Source: Chrysomallon squamiferum
Lineage: Eukaryota; Animalia; Mollusca
Direction of reading: 5' to 3'
DNA: 64,000 bases
NCBI GenBank assembly: GCA_012295275.1
Contig: CM022671.1
Location: 4,712,001 to 4,776,000 of the forward strand
The translations under genes and the position numbers were made by a program. The notes below the pieces were generated by a model. That model was not told the origin of the DNA, made no database searches, and was given only the letters and a program-made list of their open reading frames with translations. Shown here in pieces: positions 49,086 through 61,754 of this stretch (position 1 is the first letter of the stretch; each line of letters starts with the position of its first letter).

Positions 49086-50595
49086 TTATTATTTATTATT
49101 ATTTATTAGATACGTTGTTTTGACAAGTAAACATCTAGATGGTTTCTGTAACTGGCCAACCAGCGTGTCTTTCAACTGGAATTCCATGGAAGTCGGTCCA
49201 CATCGAGATCTTGTAGGTAAGGATGAAGACCTTGCTAAGGAAACAAGCGTTACTCCTAATGGTGAAATAAATTTCAATTCCATTATTTAAACGTACTCAT
49301 ATTATATCTCAGTAAGCCATTTTTACCAGATTTCTACGTTGCACTAAAGCTATACCGATTTTATATGACCTCATCAGAAACTAAATGTTAAAATTAGAGC
49401 TAGTATTTATTTTATTTTCTGATATGATAGAGTATTATGATTTTATTGTCTTACCCGAAAAAGAATTTGTGTTAATTATTTTCTTACAGCATTTCAGGAG
49501 AGTTTATTTAAAATAATAATAACAATAATAATAATAAAATATAATATCTTCCTTTTTCTTGTTCTACATTTTCTTTCTTCCAACCAAAAAACTTGTAGAC
49601 TTTATTATTATTTACATAATTTTTATTATTATTATTATTATTATGATTATTATCGTCAGATAATCGTCAGATAATCATATTATTAATTTTTCTTCCTTCT
49701 GTGCAGGAGAGCTTGCTGACGCAATCAGAAACACAACCGACATCCATTTTGGTCTGTACCATTCGTTAAAGGAATGGTTTAATCCGCTTTACTTGAACGA
49801 CATGAAAAATAACTTTACCACAGATACTTTCGTTAGGGTAATGACTAACCTTTATTATTATTATTGTTATTATTATTATTATTATGATTATTGACATCAT
49901 CAACATATTTCTATCGGTCTTTCTTTCTGTCTTTCAGTTGTTGTTTGTTTTTTTTTTTTTTTTTGTCTGTATGTTCCTTTTATTTGTTTTTATCTTTCAC
50001 ATATTCGTATACAATTTTATTCTTGGTTCTGTCTGTATGTCTAATTATTTATGTATCTGTGTCTATTTGTTTATCTGTCTATCTATTTCTGTCTTTATGC
50101 CTGTCTGTTTATGTATGTATCTGAGTATGTATCGCTCTCAAAAAGTTAAACAAACTAAAATATGTCAAATTAATGTGAAGGACAAAACAATGCCGGAACT
50201 GTACGAACTGGTAAACCGTTATAAACCTGAACTGATCTGGTCGGACGGACAGTGGGACGCTCCGGACACGTATTTTAAGTCACGTGACTTCATAGCCTGG
50301 TTATACAACGAAAGGTGAGCAGTACAATCCTATTTGTGATGTTTTTTATTTATGAGATATCGAGATGGGGTTGTTACACGAGTTATATTTCTTTTGATGG
50401 ATATTTCGATTAACAGCGACAGCTACAATAACAACAACAATAATAACAATAATAATAGTAATGACAATAACAATAGCAGTATTGTTGATGATGCCCTAAT
50501 AATGATTCGAACGATGATAATGGCGACCACAAGAACGACGACGATGATGATGATGATAGCAGTAGTAATAATAATAATATCAATAATAATAATAC

Positions 50596-50638
<43 letters not shown>

Positions 50639-51034
50639 GTATTTTTATTGTTGTTGTTGTTATTATTATATTTTTTTGTATTTATTATTATTATTATTAT
50701 TATTTTAAATTATTATTATTATTATTCATTTAATTGCTGTTTCTTTCATCACTATGGTCATTATTAGTTAATCTGCCATAAAGATACTAAATTCTGGCTA
50801 ACAATAAAATATTTCTGTACTAATTACTTTCAGCCCAGTCAAAGAAAAATAGTAATTAACGACAGGTGGGGTATAGGTACGACATGTAAACATGGAGGAT
50901 ACCTTACCTGTACTGACAGGTATAATCCAGGTAAACTATATTATTGCAATTTTACTATAATTCATTAATGTTGTTTTTATAAGAATTGAGATACGTGACT
51001 GACGTTATTATTAGTTTGTTATTATTGATAATTG

Positions 51035-51083
<49 letters not shown>

Positions 51084-51353
51084 GAAGATTATTTCTTTTA
51101 AATTTATTTTTCTTACTTCTCTTTTCTTTTCTTTTTTTCTTCTCCTACCCCCCCCTCTAGGAACACTACAGAAACGGAAGTTTGAGAACGCCATGACACT
51201 TGACCTTTCGGCTTGGGGTTATAGAAGGGACTTAACTCTGGATCAACTGATGACGATGAAAGAACTAATAAAAACATTTGTCATGACTGTCAGGTGATGA
51301 AATGAATATATCATACTTTCACTTTCGTTTTAAAATGTATCCATATCTTCTTT

Positions 51354-51388
<35 letters not shown>

Positions 51389-51397
51389 TTTGTGTAT

Positions 51398-51428
<31 letters not shown>

Positions 51429-51465
51429 TTTGTTTATTTATTTATTTTTTTATTTATTTATTTTT

Positions 51466-51496
<31 letters not shown>

Positions 51497-52135
51497 CTTC
51501 TCTCAGCTGTGGAGGAAACATGTTGCTGAACATTGGACCTACAAAATCTGGTCGCATCATCCCAGTGTTTGAAGAACGACTACGACAGCTGGGTGAGTGG
51601 TTGAACGTGAACGGAGAGGCGATATATTCCTCTAAACCCTGGACTTACCAGAACGACACACAGACTGGAACTGTCTGGTAAGTTACTGATAATTCAACAT
51701 AATAACAATAACAATAATAATAATGATAATAACGTTTAATTTAATTGATACATATGTTTATAATGGGTAGTTATAACGATGCATATCTGTATGAATGAAG
51801 TATGCCAATACATTTTATTTATGATAAGATATGAAATTTGAAATGATTTTTATGCAGTCCCAGAACAAATAAAAATACACATGTTTAAAGGTTACCTATG
51901 AATCTTGTAACGGTAGATAGTTTAATTAATATTTGTTGTTGCCGCTGCTGTTGTTGCTCTTGTGACTGCTGTTACTGGTATCATGATGATGGTGATGATG
52001 ACGACGATGATAGTTATTTTTATTATTATTATTTATTATTACTATCATCATCATTACTACTGCTGCTATTACTATTACTACTACTTGTACTATTGCTGCT
52101 GCTGCTTCTGCTGCTGCTACTACTACTACTACTTC

Positions 52136-52189
<54 letters not shown>

Positions 52190-52446
52190 AGGTACACGTC
52201 AAAGAAATTTGAGACTGGTTCTGTCACAGTGTACGCGATTTCTCTGACATGGCCCAGGACCAGTCTAGTTCTAGCAGGACCGGAAGTTTCTTCTGAAACC
52301 GAGATCACACTTCTTGGTTACCAAGGCAAAATAGATTGGAAAAACGATCTCCCAGAGGAATTGAAATATCCATTCCACTGTTGCACCCTGATGACATCCC
52401 TTGTCAATGGGCGTGGACATTTAAAATCAGTTACGTCATCAATTAA
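47939..52446 (+). CDS. FUCA: Alpha-L-fucosidase (GH29), tandem copy A, 8 exons; two 1-bp homopolymer frameshifts as assembled
   Basis: Exons 47939-48279, 49110-49216, 49707-49837, 50181-50314, 50834-50930, 51161-51293, 51507-51677, 52192-52446. Motifs: [36 protein letters not shown] (nucleophile Asp), [21 protein letters not shown]. Exons 5 and 8 are each 1 nt shorter than in copy B. Confidence 0.93.
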
Positions 52447-53061
52447 AATTCCTGACGTCACTGAATAAAATAAGTAAAATAAGAAATGATTAACTCGATT
52501 GGTCAAAATAAATGACGTCATTAATTTAAATAACTAATATACGTCATTAAAAGTTATATTAAATGAAATAACTTACGTCATTAATTAAAACAGATAACGT
52601 TATTAATGAAAATAAATACCGCCATTAATTAAAATTAGAATAATTAAAATCGGTGATTAACATAATAAAAATATTTAAATAATTCATGCTATTGATTACA
52701 TTAACAAATCTGACTAAACAAAATAATAAATATTATTAATTAAAAAAAAAAAATAAACCTCATTAGCAATTAACAAATGTTTGTTACATAGACAGGAAAC
52801 TATTGTTATAAACGGATTTTAATAAAATGTTTGCGTTTTGTTTTGTTTTGCTCTGTTCTGTGTTCTAGAAATAACTTTGGTGGTAGGTTGAATGGTGGTT
52901 TCTGCTATGCAACTTTCAGTATCAGTGTTTGTATATATGTGTGTTTGTGTGTGTGTCTGTGCGTGTGTTTATGGGTGTGTGTGTGTGTGTGTGTGTTTAT
53001 GTGTACTACGCATATATAAGCTGCATATGCAGCGATCACATGCTACATGCATGAAACACAT

Positions 53062-53480
53062 TTATAAACATATTTATTTCTGTTGACTTGCTTACATAAT
53101 TATATACATAGATATATGCACAATCATACATATATACATACTTACTTATTTATTTTCTTACTTACTTTATTTATTTATTTGTTTGGTTGTAAATCAGCTA
53201 ATATCATATACAGTTCGAAGCTTGTCTGTCACTTATAATAAGAGAGGACATAAGGCATACCTGGATTGTACCTGTCCGAACAGGTGAGAAAGCCTCCATG
53301 ATGACACATGACACCACTACCCCACCTGTCACTAGTTACAACCGTTTCTTTTACCGGGCTAAAAATACGAGACGGTATATTAATAAACAGATTTATACTA
53401 TATTTCCATTAAATATAAACATTAACGACACGAATAATACAGAAACAATAACATTAATAATAACAATAACAAAAACAACA
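53062..53480 (-). pseudogene. Inverted partial duplicate of fucosidase B exon 5 with flanking intron sequence
   Basis: Reverse complement of ~55572-55985. The exon copy at 53358-53261 keeps both splice sites and reads [32 protein letters not shown]. Outer limits are approximate. Confidence 0.9.
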
Positions 53481-53510
53481 GTGCACTGACAACTGACTTC
53501 CTGGTCTAAC

Positions 53511-53564
<54 letters not shown>

Positions 53565-53745
53565 GTTGTTGTTGTTGTTGTTGTTGTTGTTACTGTTGCT
53601 GCTGTTGTTGTTACTGCTGCTGCTGCTCTTACTATTATTTGTATTGTTATTATAAATTGTGTTTAATTCTGCAACAAAACCCACGTTAAAAATAACATTC
53701 ATTAATCCGATGCAGTCTTGAGTGTTACAATATCAGATGACCGTT

Positions 53746-53755
53746 GTCACATGAC
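53746..53755. promoter_or_regulatory. CLEAR/M-box-like element just upstream of the fucosidase B start codon
   Basis: GTCACATGAC is one mismatch from the CLEAR palindrome GTCACGTGAC and ends 7 nt before the ATG of a lysosomal-type hydrolase. Motif match only. Confidence 0.35.
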
Positions 53756-53761
53756 TCAAAA

Positions 53762-55100
53762 ATGGCGACTCTCTTAGGTTTGTTTATTACATTCGCTTTG
53801 CTTTGTTGCTCGTCATCGAAATACCAGCCAACATGGCCGTCAATCGACTCGAGACCGCTTCCTGCTTGGTATGACGAATCGAAATTAGGAATTTTCCTTC
53901 ACTGGGGCGTTTTTTCTGTGCCCAGTTTTCGTTCAGAATGGTTTTGGTGGGACTGGCAAGGCGCAAAGTACAACGACACGGTTCAGTTTATGGCGGCAAA
54001 CTACAAACCCGGATGGACGTACGCCGACTTCGCGCCTCAGTTTACAGCCGAGTTTTTCGACGCCGAGAAATGGGCGGAGTTATTCAAGTCGTCAGGAGCT
54101 AGGTTAGTTTGATTGACACCCACTTTATAACTGATTCGTTGGTTGTTATGGAGTTTTTTGTTATTGTTTTTGTGTGCATGGGAGGTAACTCCTACAGGTT
54201 TATCGGCTGTGAAGACTTTTTGTTTCCGTATAACAAAAAAAAAATAATGTTAAAATAAAATAATAATAATAATCATAATCATAATAATAATTATTATTAT
54301 GATTATTATTATTACTATTATTATTATAATGTAAACGAGAAAATTAAATAAATTACAACTGCTTGGCTTTAAATAATATTCATTACTTTATTTTATTATT
54401 ATTTTATTATTATTATTATAATTTTTATTTTTGTTTTTCCTTCCTCATATAGGTATGTTGTTCTGACTAGCAAACATCATGAAGGTTTTTGTAACTGGCC
54501 GTCAAAATTTTCCTTCAACTGGAATTCCAAAGACGTTGGTCCAAATCGAGATCTTGTTGGTACGTGATTCAAATATTCATTTGTTTAGGATTATTTTTTA
54601 TTTTTTATTTTATTTTATTTTTTTTTTACTTTTAAATTTGTTTGACTCTGTAAGCTCATAACAATATATATAGGCGTTTCAGCATTACTAAATTCTTTTT
54701 TTAACAGAACAATTTGCAATAAAATAGCTTCTATCTTTTTTTTTTTTTTTTCTTTTTTTTTTCAGGAGAGCTTGCTCACGCTATTCGTAACAAAACGGAT
54801 ATTCACTTTGGTCTGTACCATTCTTTGTTTGAATGGTTCAATCCACGTTACTTAGATGACAAAAAGAATAAATTCTCAACAGATAACTTTGTCGTGGTAA
54901 GCATATTCATTCACACACAATGGACCCAACAAACTCGTTATAAATTACATGCTTTTAATATGTTCCATTCTCTTATTCATAAAGTAAATCGACATTATAT
55001 GTCATAGGAATTTGAATAATAACATATCGTACCATGAATTTTATTAAACAAATCTTCCAATTCAAACCCGTACAGATTTATACACAAAAGTTCACTCTCC

Positions 55101-55135
<35 letters not shown>

Positions 55136-57357
55136 ATGGATATTGTGAAGTATAATTTCGACTGTTCACGTTTTCTTACCATCTACTTCAAGTAATATTA
55201 TATTATATTATATTATATTACATTACATTACATTACATTATATTATGTGCTTGTTTCACTTACTTCACTTCAGGACAAAACATTGCCAGAACTGTACGAG
55301 CTCGTGAAACAGTACAAACCGGATATCGTTTGGTCAGATGGTGACTGGGAGGCTCCAGACACGTACTGGAAGTCACGTGACTTCATCGCCTGGTTGTACA
55401 ATGACAGGTGCGTTTATTTTTAGAATTCGTTATATATTTGTTATTGTTGTTATTGTTAGTTTTCTTGTTTTAAGTTATTTTTATTTTATTTTATTTTATT
55501 CATTTATTACATTATCTTCAGTTTCATTTCTTCTTCTTCTTTTATCATCATCATCATTATTATTATTATTGTTGTTGTTGTTTTTGTTATTGTTATTATT
55601 AATGTTATTGTGTCTGTATTATTCGTGTTGTTAACGTTTATATTTAATGGTAATACAGTATAAATCTGTTTATTAATACACCGTCTCGTATTTTTAGCCC
55701 GGTAAAAGAAACGGTTGTAACGAATGACAGGTGGGGTAGTGGTGTCATGTGTCATCATGGAGGATTTCTCACCTGCTCGGACAGGTACAATCCAGGTATG
55801 CCTTGCAGCCTCTTTTATTATAACTGACAGACAAGCTTCGAACTATATATGATTTTAGCTGATTCATAAATAAAAAAACAAACAAACAAACAAACAAATA
55901 AATAAACTATTTATGTATGTCTGTACATATATCTGTGTATATAATTATGTAAGTTAGTCAATAGATAAATAACTATGTTTTAATAAATATATGGATAAAT
56001 AAATAAATAAACAAATAAATTTACAAACAAACAAACAAAATAAAATCAGTCAATAAATAAAATGTAAAATCTCGTTTGTTTAATCTTACTAACAAAAACA
56101 CTACTACAAATATTAAGATCGGAGTTCAGTGTTCTGTATTTTATAAATTATTTTATTTTCTGTTTCAGGTGTTCTTCAGAAGCGGAAATGGGAGAACGCC
56201 ATGACGATTGACAAACAGTCGTGGGGATATCGAAGGGAGGCCACTCTAAAAGATATGCTGACTATGACAGAACTTATAAAGACATTTGTCATCACTGTGA
56301 GGTATATGATAAATAATTTATACATTACTTTTTTATTTTTATTTATTTATTTATTTATTTATTATTTTTTTTTTTTTGATTTATTTATATTTTGCATTTT
56401 CCAATATCTATGTAATTTTTGTTGTAATTTATGGAACTGTTGTTCTTTTCTGGGAATAGATTGAAGTGTTTATAGGTATATAATTATGTGGCCGTTTAAG
56501 ATATTTGATCATCTTTGCTTTTCTTTGTGCACGTGAACTAATATTATTAATCAGTGTCCTTTCAAACGCCCTTCCAACAGCGTCGTGAGCTTTGAATACC
56601 TTTTGTAAAATGAATAAAATAAAATAAAATAAAATAAAAAAGAAAACGTCTTTCCGAAAAAAACCCAAGGAGTGCTATTTACCGTTCTCGAGTTTTCATA
56701 AAAGTCAATGACCGTACTTTATTTTCAAAATCTTATTTATTACAAAAGTCTGTTTATTTATTGTCCGGTATATGTATCTCCTTTATCACTGCTTACAAAT
56801 GTTCATATTTCTGTCAGCTGCGGAGGAAATTTGCTTGTCAACGTAGGACCAACAAAATCAGGTCGCATCATCCCAGTGTTTGAAGAACGACTACGACAGC
56901 TGGGTGAGTGGTTGAACGTGAACGGAGAGGCGATATATTCCTCTAAACCCTGGACTTACCAGAACGACACACAGACAGGAACTGTGTGGTAAGTACAATC
57001 CTTGATAAGGAAAAATGACAACAACATTAATTCATTTTATCTTTTCTCGTTCAGTATACTGTGAAACCTCTCTATAACGCCATCCTCAGAACCCAGTTAA
57101 ATCCTGTGGTTATTAACAAGGTGTACGGTGAGACGAATTTTTAAAAACGTTTTAATTATTATTCAAGTAAGTTTAACAAACCCCAGCTGGCTCAGTAACG
57201 CTGTTACACCAAATTCACTCATCCCACAATAAATAAATAAATAAAAATATACTAATGTATTTTTGAATAGAAAAGATATGTGGTTTTAAGAAATTAACGT
57301 CAATGACCCCAAAAGGGTTGTAATAACGCTGTTACACCAAATTCACTGTGTCCCACA

Positions 57358-57401
<44 letters not shown>

Positions 57402-58234
57402 AATAAATACCCAGTAATTCACATTTTTATTCTACTCTTTGAATACACACACTTTAGAAAATTTAAAGTTACTTCGGTCAAATTTTTCTGGTCACCTGTT
57501 TATACAAGAAAATATCTGATGATATTCTATTGCCCATACACTATCCAGATAATTTGGATGTCGTAAACTCAAGTTTATGCTAATAACTGAACCCTGTAAC
57601 GTATCAAGTGATAGGGAAGAAGTGGAAACTTTATATTTTGTAACAGAATAGATTTATTTTTATCAGTAATATAAACCAAAGTACTTTAAAATATGTTAGA
57701 CATCCTCAGAAACTATTATTACTCGTTTTTTTATTTGAAGATTTTATTTGTTTATTTGCTTGCTTTCTCACTGATTGACTGATTGAGTGACTGAACGTTG
57801 TTTGTTTGTTTGCTTGTTCTTGTATTTGTTTATTTATTTATTTGTTTATTTATTTGTTGTTGTTGTTGTTGCTGTTGTTTTTGTTTTTCTTGTTTATTGA
57901 TTTGTTTGTTTGTTTGTATGTTTATTAAATTGTTTTTGGCGTTTTTAGTTTGTTTTGTTTGTTTTCTTTTAATTACAGGTATACATCAAAGAAAGATAAC
58001 TCTGGTTCTACTACAATCTATGCGATATCTCTAACATGGCCAAAACCCAGTCTAGTTCTAGCAGCCCCACGAGTTTCAGCTCAAACCAGAGTTTCACTTC
58101 TCGGTTACCAGGGCAACATAAGCTGGAAGAAACATCCATCTGGCGGTATCCAGCTCGTTGTTCCTTTCATCTACCCTGAAGACATGCCGTGTCAGTGGGC
58201 GTGGTCATTCAAAATAACTGACGTCATCAACTGA
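53762..58234 (+). CDS. FUCA: Alpha-L-fucosidase (GH29), tandem copy B, 8 exons, intact 456 aa
   Basis: Exons 53762-54102, 54453-54559, 54766-54896, 55274-55407, 55698-55795, 56169-56301, 56818-56988 and 57979-58234 sum to 1371 nt, open throughout. It has a signal peptide and the canonical [27 protein letters not shown] and KWENAMT motifs. Confidence 0.96.
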
Positions 58235-58324
58235 ACTGAGCAAAAACAGTTTTGTATGAGCAGCTAATGTTTACTATGGGACCAAATATTTTATGTAATT
58301 CTGTATGTATTTTATAACAATAAC

Positions 58325-58355
<31 letters not shown>

Positions 58356-58627
58356 TTTGATTTTTTATGAAGTTGAAAATCGGTATTGTTTAGGTTTTTC
58401 CTAATGCTGCATATGTACGTGTGTGAGCGTGCGTGTGTTTGTGTATATGTGCGTGTTTTACAAATATTTCATATAGTTTCTAAAATCTTCTTTATTTGAT
58501 TGATGTTATATTTAGAATAAATAGTATTTTTTTAAGAAATGTTTTTTATATTATTTATCTATCTGTCTTTTGTCCTTTTAATCAAATTCTTTTGCAACAA
58601 ATCATTTAAATGAAATTTTAATTAGAA

Positions 58628-58670
<43 letters not shown>

Positions 58671-59664
58671 TATAATATATAGTTCGAGTAGTTATATCAA
58701 ATGGACAATTTTGACTGATCCATTTCAAATCACTGTTCAAATACTGTTTTCTTTAATTATTATAATTTTTGAGTTAACGTGTGCCCTCTTACACTATCTC
58801 ATTGTATTTTTTTGTATGAGTTTCCACATTTAAAACACAGATAAATTAACATAAGAAGAATACGTAGAACGCAGTTACCAGCGCTGAACGAGAAGAGAAA
58901 TTATATTCGTGAAAACGTTAACTTTCGTTTATCTGCACAAAATACGTATTTTGTCGTTTAGTAAAGATTTAGTGGTGGTCAACAGCTTTATTTATTAAAT
59001 TTTGTTTTTCTTCATATTTACATTTAGTAAGGTAAATATGTGATAAATTTTAGTTTATTACATTTTGCTGTTTTCACGATAATTCAAATGCATCTGTATG
59101 ATTTCTATGGGCAACTCTCGCGGACAGAAATAATAACGAATTCATTACCACACAAGACTAAGTTTAAATTACACATACGAGTCATTCTCGGTTGTCTGAC
59201 AAACTGAAATCAATTTGTAGTTGGGTTTTTTTTTTTTTTTTTTTGGTTTCGATTTTATTGTTATTCGTTCAGCATGTGGGATCATGTTTCGTGATGTCTT
59301 TGTTCTGTTTGTTATCCAATCTCTGGCTCTTTTGCTTGTTCTCTATTCTTATATTCTCTCTCTCTCTCTCTCTCTCTCTCAAGGTTATTTATTACATGGT
59401 GTTGGTCGAATATGCTCACTATTTTGGTCTTTATTATTTCCTCTCTCCCATCATAAGTCCCCTGCCATATTATGATACATCTAGCTTACTTTATAATAGC
59501 CTATAGAAAAATGAGTTTCCCATTATGTCCATGGTTACATTACTGAGTGAGTTTTATATTTTTTCATGCTGGGGCTGTCATTAAACTATTAATTCCATTT
59601 ATCATAGATTTACAGTCTTTGGTGGTTGTGCAACGTTCACTTAGCAAAATACACACATTCATTT

Positions 59665-59706
<42 letters not shown>

Positions 59707-60380
59707 GGGGTGGGTGGGGGTGTTGTTGTTGTTTTCTCGTCCAGTCTTAATAACGAAAAGCGTAACAATGAAAGGGTATTTATTCTGTACTCATGACGTC
59801 ATTACGAACAGGGCGGAATCTGGAAAATGGAAACGAAAAATGTAGTGCTAATCAGAGCAAGCTGTTGTGAAGCACGTCTACGACAGGCAGGCTTTCTGAC
59901 AGGCCAACGGGCGTGTCCGTCGCAGAAGGTCAGAATGATTTGCTCTAGCTTGTTGTATCTCAGAAAAACTACAGCTAATAGTTCGTCATGTTACGACTCC
60001 AGACAATGTGAGAGAAAAAAAAAAAAAAAAAATTGCGTTCAAATGTTTTTTAACAGTATTATTTCATTGTTATACTTCACTAAACATGATAATAGATCAC
60101 CAAAAATAATAAAATAATAACCAAAAAATAAATATATTTTATTAGACCGTCCCATGGTCAGGAAAGTACACAGAATGACTTTTGATAAACCAGCCACAGA
60201 GGAGTGGTTAGAATGAGAAAATGCCTAAATGGGACAGTAATGAAAAATGATCTTGTGACCTGTTATACATCTGGTCACCATTCCAACAACTAAAAATGTA
60301 GAATGTCAACGTTTTGCTAGAAAACATTTTATAACGTAACCAATATTACAAAGCATGGGTTTTTTAATTTAAATAATAAC

Positions 60381-60426
<46 letters not shown>

Positions 60427-61754
60427 GGCATATAACAACAACAAAAACAACAACACTGTTTAACTATTATTAATGTTTTATTGGAAACTGTTTAGGGTTG
60501 CTTTTTGTTTTGATTGTTTGTTTTATATGTTTATTTTTTTTTAGTTTTGTTTACAAAAAATATAACAAACAATTTATGTATGTATAGATACATGCATAAC
60601 ACTAATTATATGAATACAAAATTTTGAGCTTTTATTAAAATTCAACAAGTTTAATAGATTTCAATTCAAAATTGTTGTTCAACAGTTATGCATTAATCAT
60701 GACTAATTAAAATATAATTTAAATAACAATTTCAACAACCTGCGTGTTAAAAATTAGCAAAGAAAAAATTGCACAAAAAAAGAAATGGAAAAAATTGTAT
60801 GTGTAAATTACACGTATGCACACACACACACTTAGTTAATGCCTTTCATTTCTGTTACTCTCTTTCGCTCCAGTTAAATAATCTATTTAATACGATGTTG
60901 TTATTAAAATAATCCATTATCTATTTGTACAAGCTTATGTTACTTTCACAAAATGTAAAAACTGTCTGGTTCATTTAAATAATAGAATTTGAGCAGGGAT
61001 TATTTAAAACTTAAGAAAGAAAATGTCACTAACTTTTCAAGTGCATAAAAAATCATTTAAAAATCAGAAAATTATTAATAAATTTGAGACAGAAAATCAC
61101 CTATACAAAACACAATGCCATTAACAATTTACAAATAACTTTAAATTTGCTTTAACAATAAGGTAAAAATATATTTTAAAAGTAAAATCTGGTTGAGATA
61201 AATAAATAAATATTTTACAGACACAAAAGTACACAAACATTTACAAAATAAAATATCACTGGATTGTTCCTCAATGTCTAGTAAGGTACAAAAAATAAAT
61301 TTGACGTAAATATTATTATGAAAATACTAATATAATAAAATAATTTTATCATATTCACAACAGGGCAACTTGGAAATTCAAGGGATCTATTACACAGACC
61401 TCTGTAGACGAAATACCAATCTTTAACACAATAGCTATTCAATTTCAAATGAAATTTTTTTTTATATAGATTTAAGAATAGGAAATACTTGAAATTTTCA
61501 TTTCTTTTGCTATTACTAGTATCACTAGGACTACTGTTAAAGTTCTATTACGAATAAAATCTACATTTATTTCTATATTATAATAAAGTTTCAAAAAAAT
61601 ACCTATTTGAAACCCCTGAGAGTTTAATTAAAATAATATCATCATGCAATTAAAAGAAATTAAATAACAAAGACTGGATGTTTTTGGATTGTCATAAAGG
61701 TTTTCTGGACTTATTTTTACAGTATGATATAAAGCTGAATTTTCTCAAATATAA

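Noticed and set aside
47939-52446. Calling fucosidase A a pseudogene
   Set aside because: Both lesions are single-base losses in A5 runs, with no other stops and with splice sites retained. Sequencing error is more parsimonious until reads are checked.
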